A stretch of 64,000 bases of DNA from Escherichia phage FEC19, in sequence record MH816966, one strand, 5' to 3'. Of the stretch, positions 16,518-25,699 are shown one piece after another; the first letter of the stretch is position 1; each line of letters begins with the position of its first letter. The notes beneath the pieces were generated by a model, which saw only the letters and a list, made by a program, of their open reading frames with translations, had not been told where the DNA came from and ran no database searches. Position numbers and translations under genes: made by a program.

Positions 16518-17357
16518 ATGGCCGAAGCAATCAAAGTATTATCTAAAGAAGAAAAACAAGCAGCTGCAGCAGAACGTCGTCGCGTGGCTGAAGAAAAACG
16601 CCTGGCTAAAAAGAAAGAAGCCGAAGAAAAACGCCAGAAGCGTGAGCAGGAAAAACAAGCCAAGCGTGAAGAAGCTGCGCTGAAACGCAAGCAGGCTGCT
16701 GATGAGAAGGCTCAGAAGCGTGCTGAAGAAGCAGCGAAGAAAGCCAAAGAGCGTGCAGAAAAGGCTGCTGCTAAGAAAGCAGAGCGTGAAGCCGCTAAAG
16801 CAGCAAAAGAAATCGAAAAGGCAAAGGCTAAAGAAGAAGCCAAGCGCCTGAAAGCTGAACAAGCTGCTGCTAAGAAAGCAGAGCGTGATCAAGCCCGTGC
16901 TGCAGCGAAGGCCGAAAAAGAGAAGGCCAAAGAAGAAGCTAAAGCGAAACGCAAGGCAGAGCGTGAAGCTGCTAAGATTGCGGCTAAAGAAGCTGCAGAA
17001 AAGCAGAAAGAACAGCGTAAGAAAGAAGCTGAAGAACGTCGCAAAGCCATCGCAGAACGTAAGGCTGCTAAAAAGGCAAACGGTCAGCGTCGTGCAAAAG
17101 CAACCCACTTCATCTACACTGGCAATGGCCTGAGCCAGCCGCAAGAGCATTCCACCCGTGGACGCGTTCTGGCGGCGATCAAAGAAGGCGAAGTTGGCGT
17201 GGCGCAGTCTATCGATGAGCTGGGCGAAAAAGTTAAAGATCAACTGTTTGGCGCTTCCGTTCGCTCCTACCTGAGCAAGCTGGAAGAGATGGGCCACATC
17301 GAGTTTGTCGATGTTGAATCCAACGAAGATGCCGAAGACGGTGATCAAGCGGAATAA
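16518..17357 (+). CDS. K/A/E-rich low-complexity charged-repeat protein with small globular C-terminal domain
   Basis: ~200 aa of AEEKR/AKKAER-type repeats; ATG at 16518 preferred over GTG at 16512 (AAGGA RBS). Confidence 0.55.
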   Translation: MAEAIKVLSKEEKQAAAAERRRVAEEKRLAKKKEAEEKRQKREQEKQAKREEAALKRKQAADEKAQKRAEEAAKKAKERAEKAAAKKAEREAAKAAKEIEKAKAKEEAKRLKAEQAAAKKAERDQARAAAKAEKEKAKEEAKAKRKAEREAAKIAAKEAAEKQKEQRKKEAEERRKAIAERKAAKKANGQRRAKATHFIYTGNGLSQPQEHSTRGRVLAAIKEGEVGVAQSIDELGEKVKDQLFGASVRSYLSKLEEMGHIEFVDVESNEDAEDGDQAE

Positions 17358-17384
17358 CCTTAGGACGGTTATGCAGCGGTAATT

Positions 17385-17411
17385 GACCCACACTTGTTGT
17401 GGGTCTTTTTT
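17385..17411 (+). terminator. intrinsic terminator
   Basis: gacccaca / tgtgggtc stem followed by tttttt. Confidence 0.7.
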
Positions 17412-17489
17412 CATCTGTACTAAATAAAATGACTTGTTGCTGTAAAATAATTTAGCTATTATACTTCTCATATCACCCACAAAGGACAA

Positions 17490-18485
17490 ATGAACATGAA
17501 ACAACCTGTAATGATTATCGGCGGCGGACTGGCAGGACTTATCACCGCGTGTCACTTCCCGAACTCTGTTGTGTACGAAGCAGGGGAACGAGCGCAACAG
17601 CACAAGGCGCTGCTACGCTTTCGCAGCGAAGAAGTAAGCCGTATTACCGGAATCCCTTTTAAGGCCGTGACAGTTGACAAGGCTGTGTATTTTCGCGGCA
17701 ACTACTATCACGACCATTGCCCAATCAACCTTGCCAATATGTATTCCATGAAGGTCACCAATCAATTTGGCAGCCGTTCAATCATGAAGCTTAAGACTGC
17801 AACGCGTTATATTGCGCCTGATGACTTTTATGATCAGCTTGTCGACAAACTGGGTGACCGCATATTCTTTGATACTCCGGTTGATACTCTTTGCGGCTAT
17901 AGCGAGACGCCAATCATCAACACGTCGCCGCTGCCAGTAATGATGAAGCTTGCTGGGATTGATCAAAAGCTTGATTTCTCATTTGATAAAGCAAACATTC
18001 GCGTTTACCGCTTTAAGATTAAACGTAAGTGTGATTTGTATCAGACAATTTACTTCCCTGACTACTCCGTCAGAACTTACCGCGCATCAATTACTGGTGA
18101 CACGCTTATCATTGAAACAATTCCTTTGGTCAGCGTGAGTGAAGCTGCAGTTGAAGCCGCTGGCGGCATCACTCGTTACCGTGACATGAAGCTGCGCGCA
18201 GAAGTCGACGAAGTGTTGACAGCCTTTGGCCTCTCATGGAGTGACATTGCTCTTGAAGAAGTTGAAAAGGTCGACCAGAAATATGGCAAGATTGTCGACA
18301 TTCCGAAAGACTTGCGACACGCCCTACTCCTGCAGCTGACTATGGATTTGAACGTGTTCAGTGTCGGTCGATTTGCTACCTGGCGCAACATTTTGCTTGA
18401 TGACGTTGCCCATGACCTTGTTGAAGTTGAAAAACTCATCAAAGCAAATAACTATCAAAAATTTGCTTATATTGCTAATAAATAA
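17490..18485 (+). CDS. FAD/NAD(P)-binding Rossmann-fold oxidoreductase
   Basis: N-terminal VMIIGGGLAGLITA (GxGxxG) followed by acidic residue. Confidence 0.55.
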   Translation: MNMKQPVMIIGGGLAGLITACHFPNSVVYEAGERAQQHKALLRFRSEEVSRITGIPFKAVTVDKAVYFRGNYYHDHCPINLANMYSMKVTNQFGSRSIMKLKTATRYIAPDDFYDQLVDKLGDRIFFDTPVDTLCGYSETPIINTSPLPVMMKLAGIDQKLDFSFDKANIRVYRFKIKRKCDLYQTIYFPDYSVRTYRASITGDTLIIETIPLVSVSEAAVEAAGGITRYRDMKLRAEVDEVLTAFGLSWSDIALEEVEKVDQKYGKIVDIPKDLRHALLLQLTMDLNVFSVGRFATWRNILLDDVAHDLVEVEKLIKANNYQKFAYIANK

Positions 18486-18550
18486 TTTGCTTTCTGCTTC
18501 AATGGGCGTATACTTTAATCATTGAAGCAGAACTCATAGAGGAAACGAAA

Positions 18551-18997
18551 ATGAAACGAATCACTGGAATCGCGCTTGCCGCTACTGCTATTCTCGGCAC
18601 CATGTATATGGAAGCGACTGAAGCTGCCATCCGTACTTCCGATTCAATCGCTGTTTACGATTGCGAAGCGATGGACGGCAAGACCTCAGCAACGACTGGT
18701 GCAAAGATTACCACTTACATCGGTGTGAACGAGCAAGAAGGTCTGAATATTCAGATTCAAGGATTCACAGGGAAAGGTACCAACCGTACTCCGTGGATGC
18801 AACGTTTCACTTTCGTCCAACCTCGTTCAACTGGCGACTTTATCAATCTGATTGGTGAAAACCGTTCTGGTGCAGAAATCTTTACATCAATGAGTTCTAA
18901 TAATGAACCAAAGAAAAGTTTTCAGTTGCTTTATAACGCACAATTCGTTTATCATTGCACCTTCTCTGGTGATCAGCAACTAGTGAATTACCGTTAA
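18551..18997 (+). CDS. hypothetical protein with N-terminal signal-peptide-like segment
   Basis: MKRITGIALAATAILGTMYMEA; preceded by 11-bp perfect inverted repeat flanking TATACT. Confidence 0.45.
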   Translation: MKRITGIALAATAILGTMYMEATEAAIRTSDSIAVYDCEAMDGKTSATTGAKITTYIGVNEQEGLNIQIQGFTGKGTNRTPWMQRFTFVQPRSTGDFINLIGENRSGAEIFTSMSSNNEPKKSFQLLYNAQFVYHCTFSGDQQLVNYR

Positions 18998-19010
18998 TAG
19001 GATAATTAAA

Positions 19011-19841
19011 ATGAAAGTTGAATTAATTCGATACACCCAAGATGCACTTGACCTTTTGCTGGAAACAAAGAACACGCGCATGACTGGTAAGCCTGTCTCT
19101 GAGATGACGGAATCAGAGAAGCAAGAGCATTGGCGCTACATGCTTGATACAATCAAGTCGCCTTTTGACTTTGTGGACTATATCTTTGACATCACCGATG
19201 TTTCAAAGAATATGACCCATCAGATGGTGCGCACACGCACAGGCGCATATCAAGAACGCACCAGCCGCGCTCAGGAGTCGTCTGCATTTGATGCGATTCG
19301 TCCGAAGGCATTCTCACACCAAAATCCAGAGTTGATTGATCAATGTGAAGCATTTGGGACTGATGAAGAGCACCAGTCTTTACTTCAAAAGCAATACTTA
19401 GCAGAGAAGTGGGATGATGCGATGGCGACTATCGATGTTTTGTATCAAGAGCTTCGCGCGGCTGGCGCAGAGATTCAAGATGCACGTGCCGTGTTGCCTT
19501 CTAATATGCAAACGCATATCATGGCAAAGTTCAACTTGCGCACGCTGCAACAGATGGCGTCAAACCGCTTGTGCACGCGCACTCAAGGCGAGTATCAAGA
19601 AGTATTCCGCGCGATGGTTGCTGAAGTCCTCAAGGTGCACCCGTGGGCAAATCCATTATTACAGCCGCAATGCATCGGTATGGGTAAATGCGCGTTTCCT
19701 CGTCATGGCAAAGCCCATTGCCCTTGGTATCGTGATTGGATGGATACCACGGCACAGCAAGAAGAGTTGCGCATCCAGTTTTGGAGTGCGATGCCAATCA
19801 CCAACAATCCAGTTGCTAAAGATGGAGTATCAAAAGGATGA
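19011..19841 (+). CDS. ThyX-like protein (flavin-dependent thymidylate synthase family), divergent
   Basis: Segment DITDVSKNMTHQMVRTRTGAYQERTSR resembles the ThyX RHR-x7/8-S region but with RTR; Cys/His-containing C-terminal extension. Confidence 0.5.
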   Translation: MKVELIRYTQDALDLLLETKNTRMTGKPVSEMTESEKQEHWRYMLDTIKSPFDFVDYIFDITDVSKNMTHQMVRTRTGAYQERTSRAQESSAFDAIRPKAFSHQNPELIDQCEAFGTDEEHQSLLQKQYLAEKWDDAMATIDVLYQELRAAGAEIQDARAVLPSNMQTHIMAKFNLRTLQQMASNRLCTRTQGEYQEVFRAMVAEVLKVHPWANPLLQPQCIGMGKCAFPRHGKAHCPWYRDWMDTTAQQEELRIQFWSAMPITNNPVAKDGVSKG

Positions 19842-20710
19842 GCATTAAAAACAGCGAAATCTTAAACGTATTCGACCTTGACGGAACGCTGTTTGATGAC
19901 CGTTGGCGCTTAGACCGCATCAAGGTGGCAGGTCCGTTGTCAGACTATGATGACTATCACAGCGGTATTGGTTATGATCAGTTCTATCCTCACATTGCAT
20001 CAGCAGTAGAGTCGGCATCTCTTCGCGGTGAGGCGGTTGAATATTGGACTGCAAGGCCAGAAAAATACAGACAAGTGACTTTTGAACGTCTGGATAATGT
20101 TTTTCCTTTTGATGAATTTACAATCAAGATGAGAGACTATGGCGACAAACGTCCATCAACTATTATGAAATCTGCATGGCTATCGCACGCATTGCGGCAC
20201 GGCGATTATCGAATCATCAATGTATTCGACGACCGACAAGACGTACTCGCGCGGATGCAAGATGAAGCATTGTATTATAATTCCGTTGCTCAAAATAAAA
20301 TCGCTTTTACATTTAATCTTTGCAAGGCAGGTGAAGTGGTGCAACAATTAGCAATTGATCCAAGCGCAACAGGGCAAGAAGAGACTAAGGCTGTGGAAGT
20401 TGAACAATCTCCGGCAACTGCCGCCGATATTCTTGATGCAATGGCAGCAACCTTCCGTGAGCGCAACGCTGTCTATGGTGATAACGCTGTGATGGTAGGT
20501 CAGGTTATGCAAGTGCTTTTCCCTAATGGCGTGACGTTGAAAACGCCGGAAGACTACCACATGTGGCATCTGTTCGAGCTTAAGATTGTCAAGCTTACAC
20601 GCTTCGCAATCAGCGGCCTGAAGCACGAAGACTCTATACACGATGATGGTGTTTACAGCGCCATGTGTGAACGTCTTGTTAACGCCCATAATATTAATTT
20701 CAATAAATAG
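19838..20710 (+). CDS. HAD-superfamily phosphatase with additional C-terminal domain
   Basis: VFDLDGTLFDD (DxDGT) and NVFDDRQD motifs; ~130-aa C-terminal region of unknown function. Confidence 0.55.
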   Translation: MSIKNSEILNVFDLDGTLFDDRWRLDRIKVAGPLSDYDDYHSGIGYDQFYPHIASAVESASLRGEAVEYWTARPEKYRQVTFERLDNVFPFDEFTIKMRDYGDKRPSTIMKSAWLSHALRHGDYRIINVFDDRQDVLARMQDEALYYNSVAQNKIAFTFNLCKAGEVVQQLAIDPSATGQEETKAVEVEQSPATAADILDAMAATFRERNAVYGDNAVMVGQVMQVLFPNGVTLKTPEDYHMWHLFELKIVKLTRFAISGLKHEDSIHDDGVYSAMCERLVNAHNINFNK

Positions 20711-20775
20711 TTTACTTGTGCGTTTCGATGAGTTATATTTATCTCATCGAAACGAAGTCCAAAAAGGATAAATAA

Positions 20776-21459
20776 ATGAAAAAAGTAATTGTTGTAACTG
20801 GCTGCAATTCCGGTCTTGGTAAATCCATTTTTGACACCCTTGGCGCTTACGGTCATGAAGTTGTCGGTATTGATTTGGAGAACGGCTATGACATCCGTAA
20901 CGCGAAACAGATGAAAGAGCTTCTCTCTCAATACGACGTAGAAGGCTTGATCAACTGCGCTGGCGTCAACTCCAACAACTGGTTCGAAGATGTTAACTAC
21001 GAAGAGTTCAATCGCGTTATGCACACCAACGCCTTCTCTTTCGTCAACACGACTCAGGCCGCGCTGAAAAGTCTTATCGACAACAAAGGTTTTGTGATCA
21101 ATATCGTTTCTAACGCTGCGCATATTCCTATGACGTCCAGCTTGTGTTATAATGCTTCCAAGGCTGCTGCGCTCATGATTAGCAAGCAGATGGCTCACGA
21201 GCTTACGCCTAAATACGGGATCACGGTATTCTCTATTAGTCCTAACAAGCTACGTGGTACTGGCATGTCCAAACAAATTGAAGATGCTGTTTGCGCGACT
21301 CGCGGCTGGACTCCTGAGTATGCTGCTGAATACCAGAAAAAGGCGTTGATGAATGGATTGGAGACTGAGCCGCAAGTAATTGCTGACTTCATTCGCCATA
21401 TCTTAATTACGGGCGCATGGCGCTTTATGTCTGGTACTGATATTCCATTTGGGAAATAA
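20776..21459 (+). CDS. short-chain dehydrogenase/reductase (SDR)
   Basis: VTGCNSGLGKS cofactor motif and YNASK catalytic motif. Confidence 0.8.
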   Translation: MKKVIVVTGCNSGLGKSIFDTLGAYGHEVVGIDLENGYDIRNAKQMKELLSQYDVEGLINCAGVNSNNWFEDVNYEEFNRVMHTNAFSFVNTTQAALKSLIDNKGFVINIVSNAAHIPMTSSLCYNASKAAALMISKQMAHELTPKYGITVFSISPNKLRGTGMSKQIEDAVCATRGWTPEYAAEYQKKALMNGLETEPQVIADFIRHILITGAWRFMSGTDIPFGK

Positions 21460-21462
21460 ATC

Positions 21463-21633
21463 ATGACTATCAAAGTTGTTGTAGAAGTGATTGGCGACGT
21501 GGCAGAAGTGAAGATTGATCAAGAAGGCGTTGGATTTGAAGTAATAAGAATCGAAAACGCAAAGATTAACCACGAGCGCGTCGGTTCAATTGAGACTTAT
21601 TCCATAGAAGGCAACACAGTAATTAATCAATAA
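21463..21633 (+). CDS. small hypothetical protein (56 aa, not in ORF track)
   Basis: Fills gap between SDR and VOC genes; weak RBS. Confidence 0.3.
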   Translation: MTIKVVVEVIGDVAEVKIDQEGVGFEVIRIENAKINHERVGSIETYSIEGNTVINQ

Positions 21634-21653
21634 TATTTAATTAAGGAAACAAA

Positions 21654-22205
21654 ATGCCACATTTTAAAATTGAACAAATCGCCCTGTCAATTCCAGATGC
21701 TCAGCGCGCACAGGATTTTCTGGCTAAAATCGGCCTGACAGAATGGTTCCATGATCATGTTGTTGCTACTGGTCGCGTATTTGAAGCTGATGACTTTAAA
21801 GGTCAGCGCGGCGATTGCACCAACGAAGCTGACTTGCGCTTCAACTATCAAGCTGGCAACGGCACCGATGGCGGCGCTGGTAAGCCTCTTGAACTTGAAA
21901 TTCTTGACTACACGAAAGGCCGCAACTGGATTAACGAAAACATCGAATACATCGATGCACATGACAATCAGGTTAGCCATCTTGGTATGCACGTGACTGC
22001 CGCTGAACTTGCTGAATGGCGCAAGTTCTTTAAAGAAGAAGGCATTCAGGTTGCGCAGGAAGTTGTGACCGACTCTCACACCAACCCAAACATTGCTGGT
22101 CAGCGTCGTTACAACTATGTGATCTTTGATACGCGTGAAATCATTGGTGTCGACCTTAAGTTCATCGTGCGGTTGAATCAAGACGGTACTCCGTACACTG
22201 TATAA
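21654..22205 (+). CDS. VOC-fold (glyoxalase/dioxygenase-like) protein, putative
   Basis: Two beta-alpha-beta-like modules with His residues (HFKIEQIALSIPD, SHLGMHV); weak. Confidence 0.4.
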   Translation: MPHFKIEQIALSIPDAQRAQDFLAKIGLTEWFHDHVVATGRVFEADDFKGQRGDCTNEADLRFNYQAGNGTDGGAGKPLELEILDYTKGRNWINENIEYIDAHDNQVSHLGMHVTAAELAEWRKFFKEEGIQVAQEVVTDSHTNPNIAGQRRYNYVIFDTREIIGVDLKFIVRLNQDGTPYTV

Positions 22206-22221
22206 CGAATCGTGAATCTGT

Positions 22222-22247
22222 GGCCGTCCTAATGGGCGGCCTTTTTG
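22222..22247 (+). terminator. intrinsic terminator
   Basis: ggccgtcc taat gggcggcc then ttttt. Confidence 0.6.
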
Positions 22248-22259
22248 TAGGAGGCCAAT

Positions 22260-22802
22260 GTGTTATTTCTCCCTTATGACTTCGAAACAACCGGATTAAC
22301 CGTGCACCCGAAAGCGCCGCTTGGAATGCAGCCGCGCCCTATTGAATTTGCAGGCCTGTTGACGGATGGAAAAGAGATTCTTGAAACTTTCGAGTTCATA
22401 ATTAATCCTGAAATTGTGATTGAAGAAATCATCACAAAGATTACCGGATTAACCAATGAAGACCTTGAGTGCAATCCACCCTTTATTCATTTCGTTCCGC
22501 AACTAAAAGACATCTTCAAGAAGACTGATGCCACTATCGCGCACAACCATGCGTTCGATAAGAACATCCTTGATTATGCATTGCAGCGCGAAGGTCTTAC
22601 ACTTGGTGATGTTAATTTTCCAGAAATAAACATTTGTACAGTCGAGCAAACCTTGCCTATTTTTGGCCGAAGAGTTAAGCTTCAAGAGCTGTATGAATTA
22701 TATTTCGGAAAATATGAACAGAAGCACCGTGCATTAGACGACGTAATATTACTGCACAAAGTCTGCCAACAAATTGGCGTATATGACATCTGGAGTAAAT
22801 AA
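22260..22802 (+). CDS. dnaQ: DnaQ-like 3'-5' proofreading exonuclease
   Basis: Exo I YDFETTG, Exo II AHNHAFD, Exo III HRALDD; GTG start with strong GGAGG RBS. Confidence 0.8.
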   Translation: MLFLPYDFETTGLTVHPKAPLGMQPRPIEFAGLLTDGKEILETFEFIINPEIVIEEIITKITGLTNEDLECNPPFIHFVPQLKDIFKKTDATIAHNHAFDKNILDYALQREGLTLGDVNFPEINICTVEQTLPIFGRRVKLQELYELYFGKYEQKHRALDDVILLHKVCQQIGVYDIWSK

Positions 22803-25699
22803 TGTTTCCACAATTGAGAGTTCGCAGCGGTTACACGTTCAAAGAAGTATATGGACGGCATCCTGAAATTATAGCACGGCTCAAAGAGTTGGGCTGCGAA
22901 GTCGCGGCATTAGTTGATAACAATACATGGGGTCACGTTCGCTGGGAAAAGGAATGCCAGAAAAATGATATTAAGCCTATGTTCGGCATGGAGATTCCAA
23001 TCATCGACCCTGATGCGGACCCGAAAAAGGGATTCAAACCGAAGGCTTGGATATTGGCGCTTGACCTGAAATCCTTTTACAATGCGACCACGCTTGCAAC
23101 ACAGCGCGGCGGATTGACCCGTGCAGAGTTCGGGGCGCTGGATGGCGTCGTTAAATTCTGTGGCGGTGCCGTGGAGCTGCTGCGGCCAGAGGACTACGAT
23201 TATATAGACGTCAACCCATCATCGTTCCTTTTGGCCAAGCGCCAGGTATTGGCTCACCGCAGCAACGGAAGGCCGCTGGTTTTAACCGGATACAACCACA
23301 TGCCTTCACCTGAGCACGTTGACTTTGCTTATGCTTGGGAAGTGCGCGACACGGTTAAGCCGCACTGCATCGTTGACGCGGAAGACTTGCGCAAACAGCT
23401 TAAAGGAATCCTGACCGAAGATGAGTTGAATCAAGCAACGGCCAATGCGGTTGATATTGCAAACGGAATCGTTGGGCTTGACCTGAAGCTGCGCAAGGCA
23501 CCGATTATCCACCTTGCTGGTGACATGGTAAAGCTTGCTCGTGAGGGGATGGAGTACCGCCTCAAAGCAGGTCACATCAAAGAATGGACGCAGGAATATG
23601 AGGACCGATTCAACGAAGAGATTCACCAGATTCAGCTGAAAGATTTCGACTCATACTTTCTGGTGGTAGCGGACCTTGTACGATTTGCAAAAACAAAAAT
23701 GCTCGTCGGACCCGCTCGCGGCTCATCGGCTGGTTCACTGGTTTGTTATTGCCTCGGCATCACGGAAGTTGACCCAATCCCGTATAAGCTGCTATTTGCC
23801 CGATTCATCGACGTAAGCCGCGCCGACCTCCCTGATATTGATATTGACTTTGAGGACACCAAACGCTATATGGTGTTTGATTACCTCAAAGAAAAATACG
23901 GCGAAATGAACGTTGCAAAGCTTGGAAACATCAACACGCTTAAGGCCAACTCAGTAATGGCTCAGGTTGGTAAGAAGTTCAACATTGGATATCACGAAAC
24001 GGCCAACATTAAAAACGCATTGCTTGAATACTCATCCGGTGACGCCCGTTATGGTCACGGTCTGGAGGATACCTTTGCAACAACGACCACGGGCCAAGAG
24101 TTCGTGGCGAAATATCCTGACGCCGCGCGATGCATGGGTGACCTTGAGATTCACCCTTCTCACACTGGCGTTCATGCAGCGGGAATCATTGTGTGTAATG
24201 ACCCAATCTCTGATTACTGTACTGTAACGGCGGAAGGGATTGCGCAAATTGATAAGCCTGACAGCGAATACCTTAACCTTTTGAAGCTTGATGCGTTGGG
24301 CCTTCGTACCCTCGGCATCATTTCTGATACTGGCGTGATAGATGCTGAAACGCTGTACGGAATCAAGCTTGATGATCAAAGCGTCCTTGACATCCTTAAC
24401 GAAAACAAAATGTCAGGCATCTTCCAGTTTGAAGGTGACGCTGTACGCTCAGTAACCAACTTTGTGCACGTTGATAACTTTAACAAAATCGATAACCTGA
24501 CAGCACTTGGTCGACCTGGCCCGTTGTCATCCGGTATGGCCCAAAAATACATCGAACGCGCGGCAGGACGTGCGCCGATTGAGTACGACGTGCCGCAGCT
24601 TGAGCCGTACTTAAAAGAGACTTACGGCGTGTTCCTTTACCAAGAGCAAATCATGGCCGTGGTTAAAGAGATTGGTTCATTTGACTGGGCGAAAACATCA
24701 GCCGTGCGTAAGGCGATGTCAGGTCGTAAGGGTGAGGAATACTTTAACAAGCTTGGCGAAGACTTCGTTGCAGGCGCAATAAATAACGGCGTACCGGAAG
24801 CGGATGCAAGAAAGCTTTGGCAGGCGATGGCGACGTTCGGGTCATGGGGCTTTAACAAGTCACACTCCGTGTCATACGCGGTCGTAACCTACTGGACCTT
24901 GTGGCTTAAACGACACTACCCGTTGGAATTTGCCGCTGCTTGCTTACGCGCTGCTAAGGACGAAGACCAGACGATTGCGATATTACGTGAACTTGCGAAG
25001 GAAGGCGTGGATTATGTGCCAATCGACCCTGATCACTCTTCAATGAACTGGACCATCGCTAACGGAAAGCTAATCGGCGGCATCATGAACGCTAAAGGGT
25101 ACGGAATGGTGAAGGCGATGAAGTACATCGAAGCACGTGAAGCCGGAACCTTAACGCAAAAGCAGAAGGATGCATTGGCCAATGCTGAAGTCAAATACGG
25201 CGACCTTACAGAGATGCACACCAAGTTCGGCTGGGCATATAATGACCCATATCTTATTGGCGTCACTTCCGGCGCTTCAATACGCCAGATGAAGGAAGTA
25301 GGCGATGATGAGCGTGCAATAGTAATCGGCAAACTGACCAAGAAAGTGCTGGCAGACGAGAACGAAGCAACACGCATCCGTAAACGTCTTGAGCGCGGCA
25401 TTTACACAAAGCACGGCAAACTTAAAAAGGGTCTTCAAGCTGATGGTCGCTACGCAGAGTTTGACCAGTATGGAAACAAGCTTGAAACTCAATTCATCGA
25501 CCTTATGTGCAAGGACGATTCGACCGACTCGCCAATGCGCTTCAGGATTCGCCCAGAGAAGTTCCAGAAATACGGGAAGTACATTGCAGAGAACGTCGGG
25601 AACGGTGCATTCTTCCTGATGAAAGGCCGCAAGCTTGAAGGTATTGATATGTTCATCGTCGACGTTATCAAACAGGTGTATCCAGATGGCAACAAATAA
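22802..25699 (+). CDS. dnaE: DNA polymerase III alpha-like (DnaE family, PHP N-terminus)
   Basis: N-terminal LRVRSGYTF PHP-like start, PDIDIDFED catalytic aspartates, LLKLDALGLRTL motif; 965 aa. Confidence 0.85.
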   Translation: MFPQLRVRSGYTFKEVYGRHPEIIARLKELGCEVAALVDNNTWGHVRWEKECQKNDIKPMFGMEIPIIDPDADPKKGFKPKAWILALDLKSFYNATTLATQRGGLTRAEFGALDGVVKFCGGAVELLRPEDYDYIDVNPSSFLLAKRQVLAHRSNGRPLVLTGYNHMPSPEHVDFAYAWEVRDTVKPHCIVDAEDLRKQLKGILTEDELNQATANAVDIANGIVGLDLKLRKAPIIHLAGDMVKLAREGMEYRLKAGHIKEWTQEYEDRFNEEIHQIQLKDFDSYFLVVADLVRFAKTKMLVGPARGSSAGSLVCYCLGITEVDPIPYKLLFARFIDVSRADLPDIDIDFEDTKRYMVFDYLKEKYGEMNVAKLGNINTLKANSVMAQVGKKFNIGYHETANIKNALLEYSSGDARYGHGLEDTFATTTTGQEFVAKYPDAARCMGDLEIHPSHTGVHAAGIIVCNDPISDYCTVTAEGIAQIDKPDSEYLNLLKLDALGLRTLGIISDTGVIDAETLYGIKLDDQSVLDILNENKMSGIFQFEGDAVRSVTNFVHVDNFNKIDNLTALGRPGPLSSGMAQKYIERAAGRAPIEYDVPQLEPYLKETYGVFLYQEQIMAVVKEIGSFDWAKTSAVRKAMSGRKGEEYFNKLGEDFVAGAINNGVPEADARKLWQAMATFGSWGFNKSHSVSYAVVTYWTLWLKRHYPLEFAAACLRAAKDEDQTIAILRELAKEGVDYVPIDPDHSSMNWTIANGKLIGGIMNAKGYGMVKAMKYIEAREAGTLTQKQKDALANAEVKYGDLTEMHTKFGWAYNDPYLIGVTSGASIRQMKEVGDDERAIVIGKLTKKVLADENEATRIRKRLERGIYTKHGKLKKGLQADGRYAEFDQYGNKLETQFIDLMCKDDSTDSPMRFRIRPEKFQKYGKYIAENVGNGAFFLMKGRKLEGIDMFIVDVIKQVYPDGNK

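Noticed and set aside
16539-17603. 354-aa minus-strand ORF
   Set aside because: It is the antisense shadow of the K/A/E-rich repeat gene; low-complexity repeats keep the opposite strand open. The plus-strand gene has the RBS and sits in the plus-strand operon.
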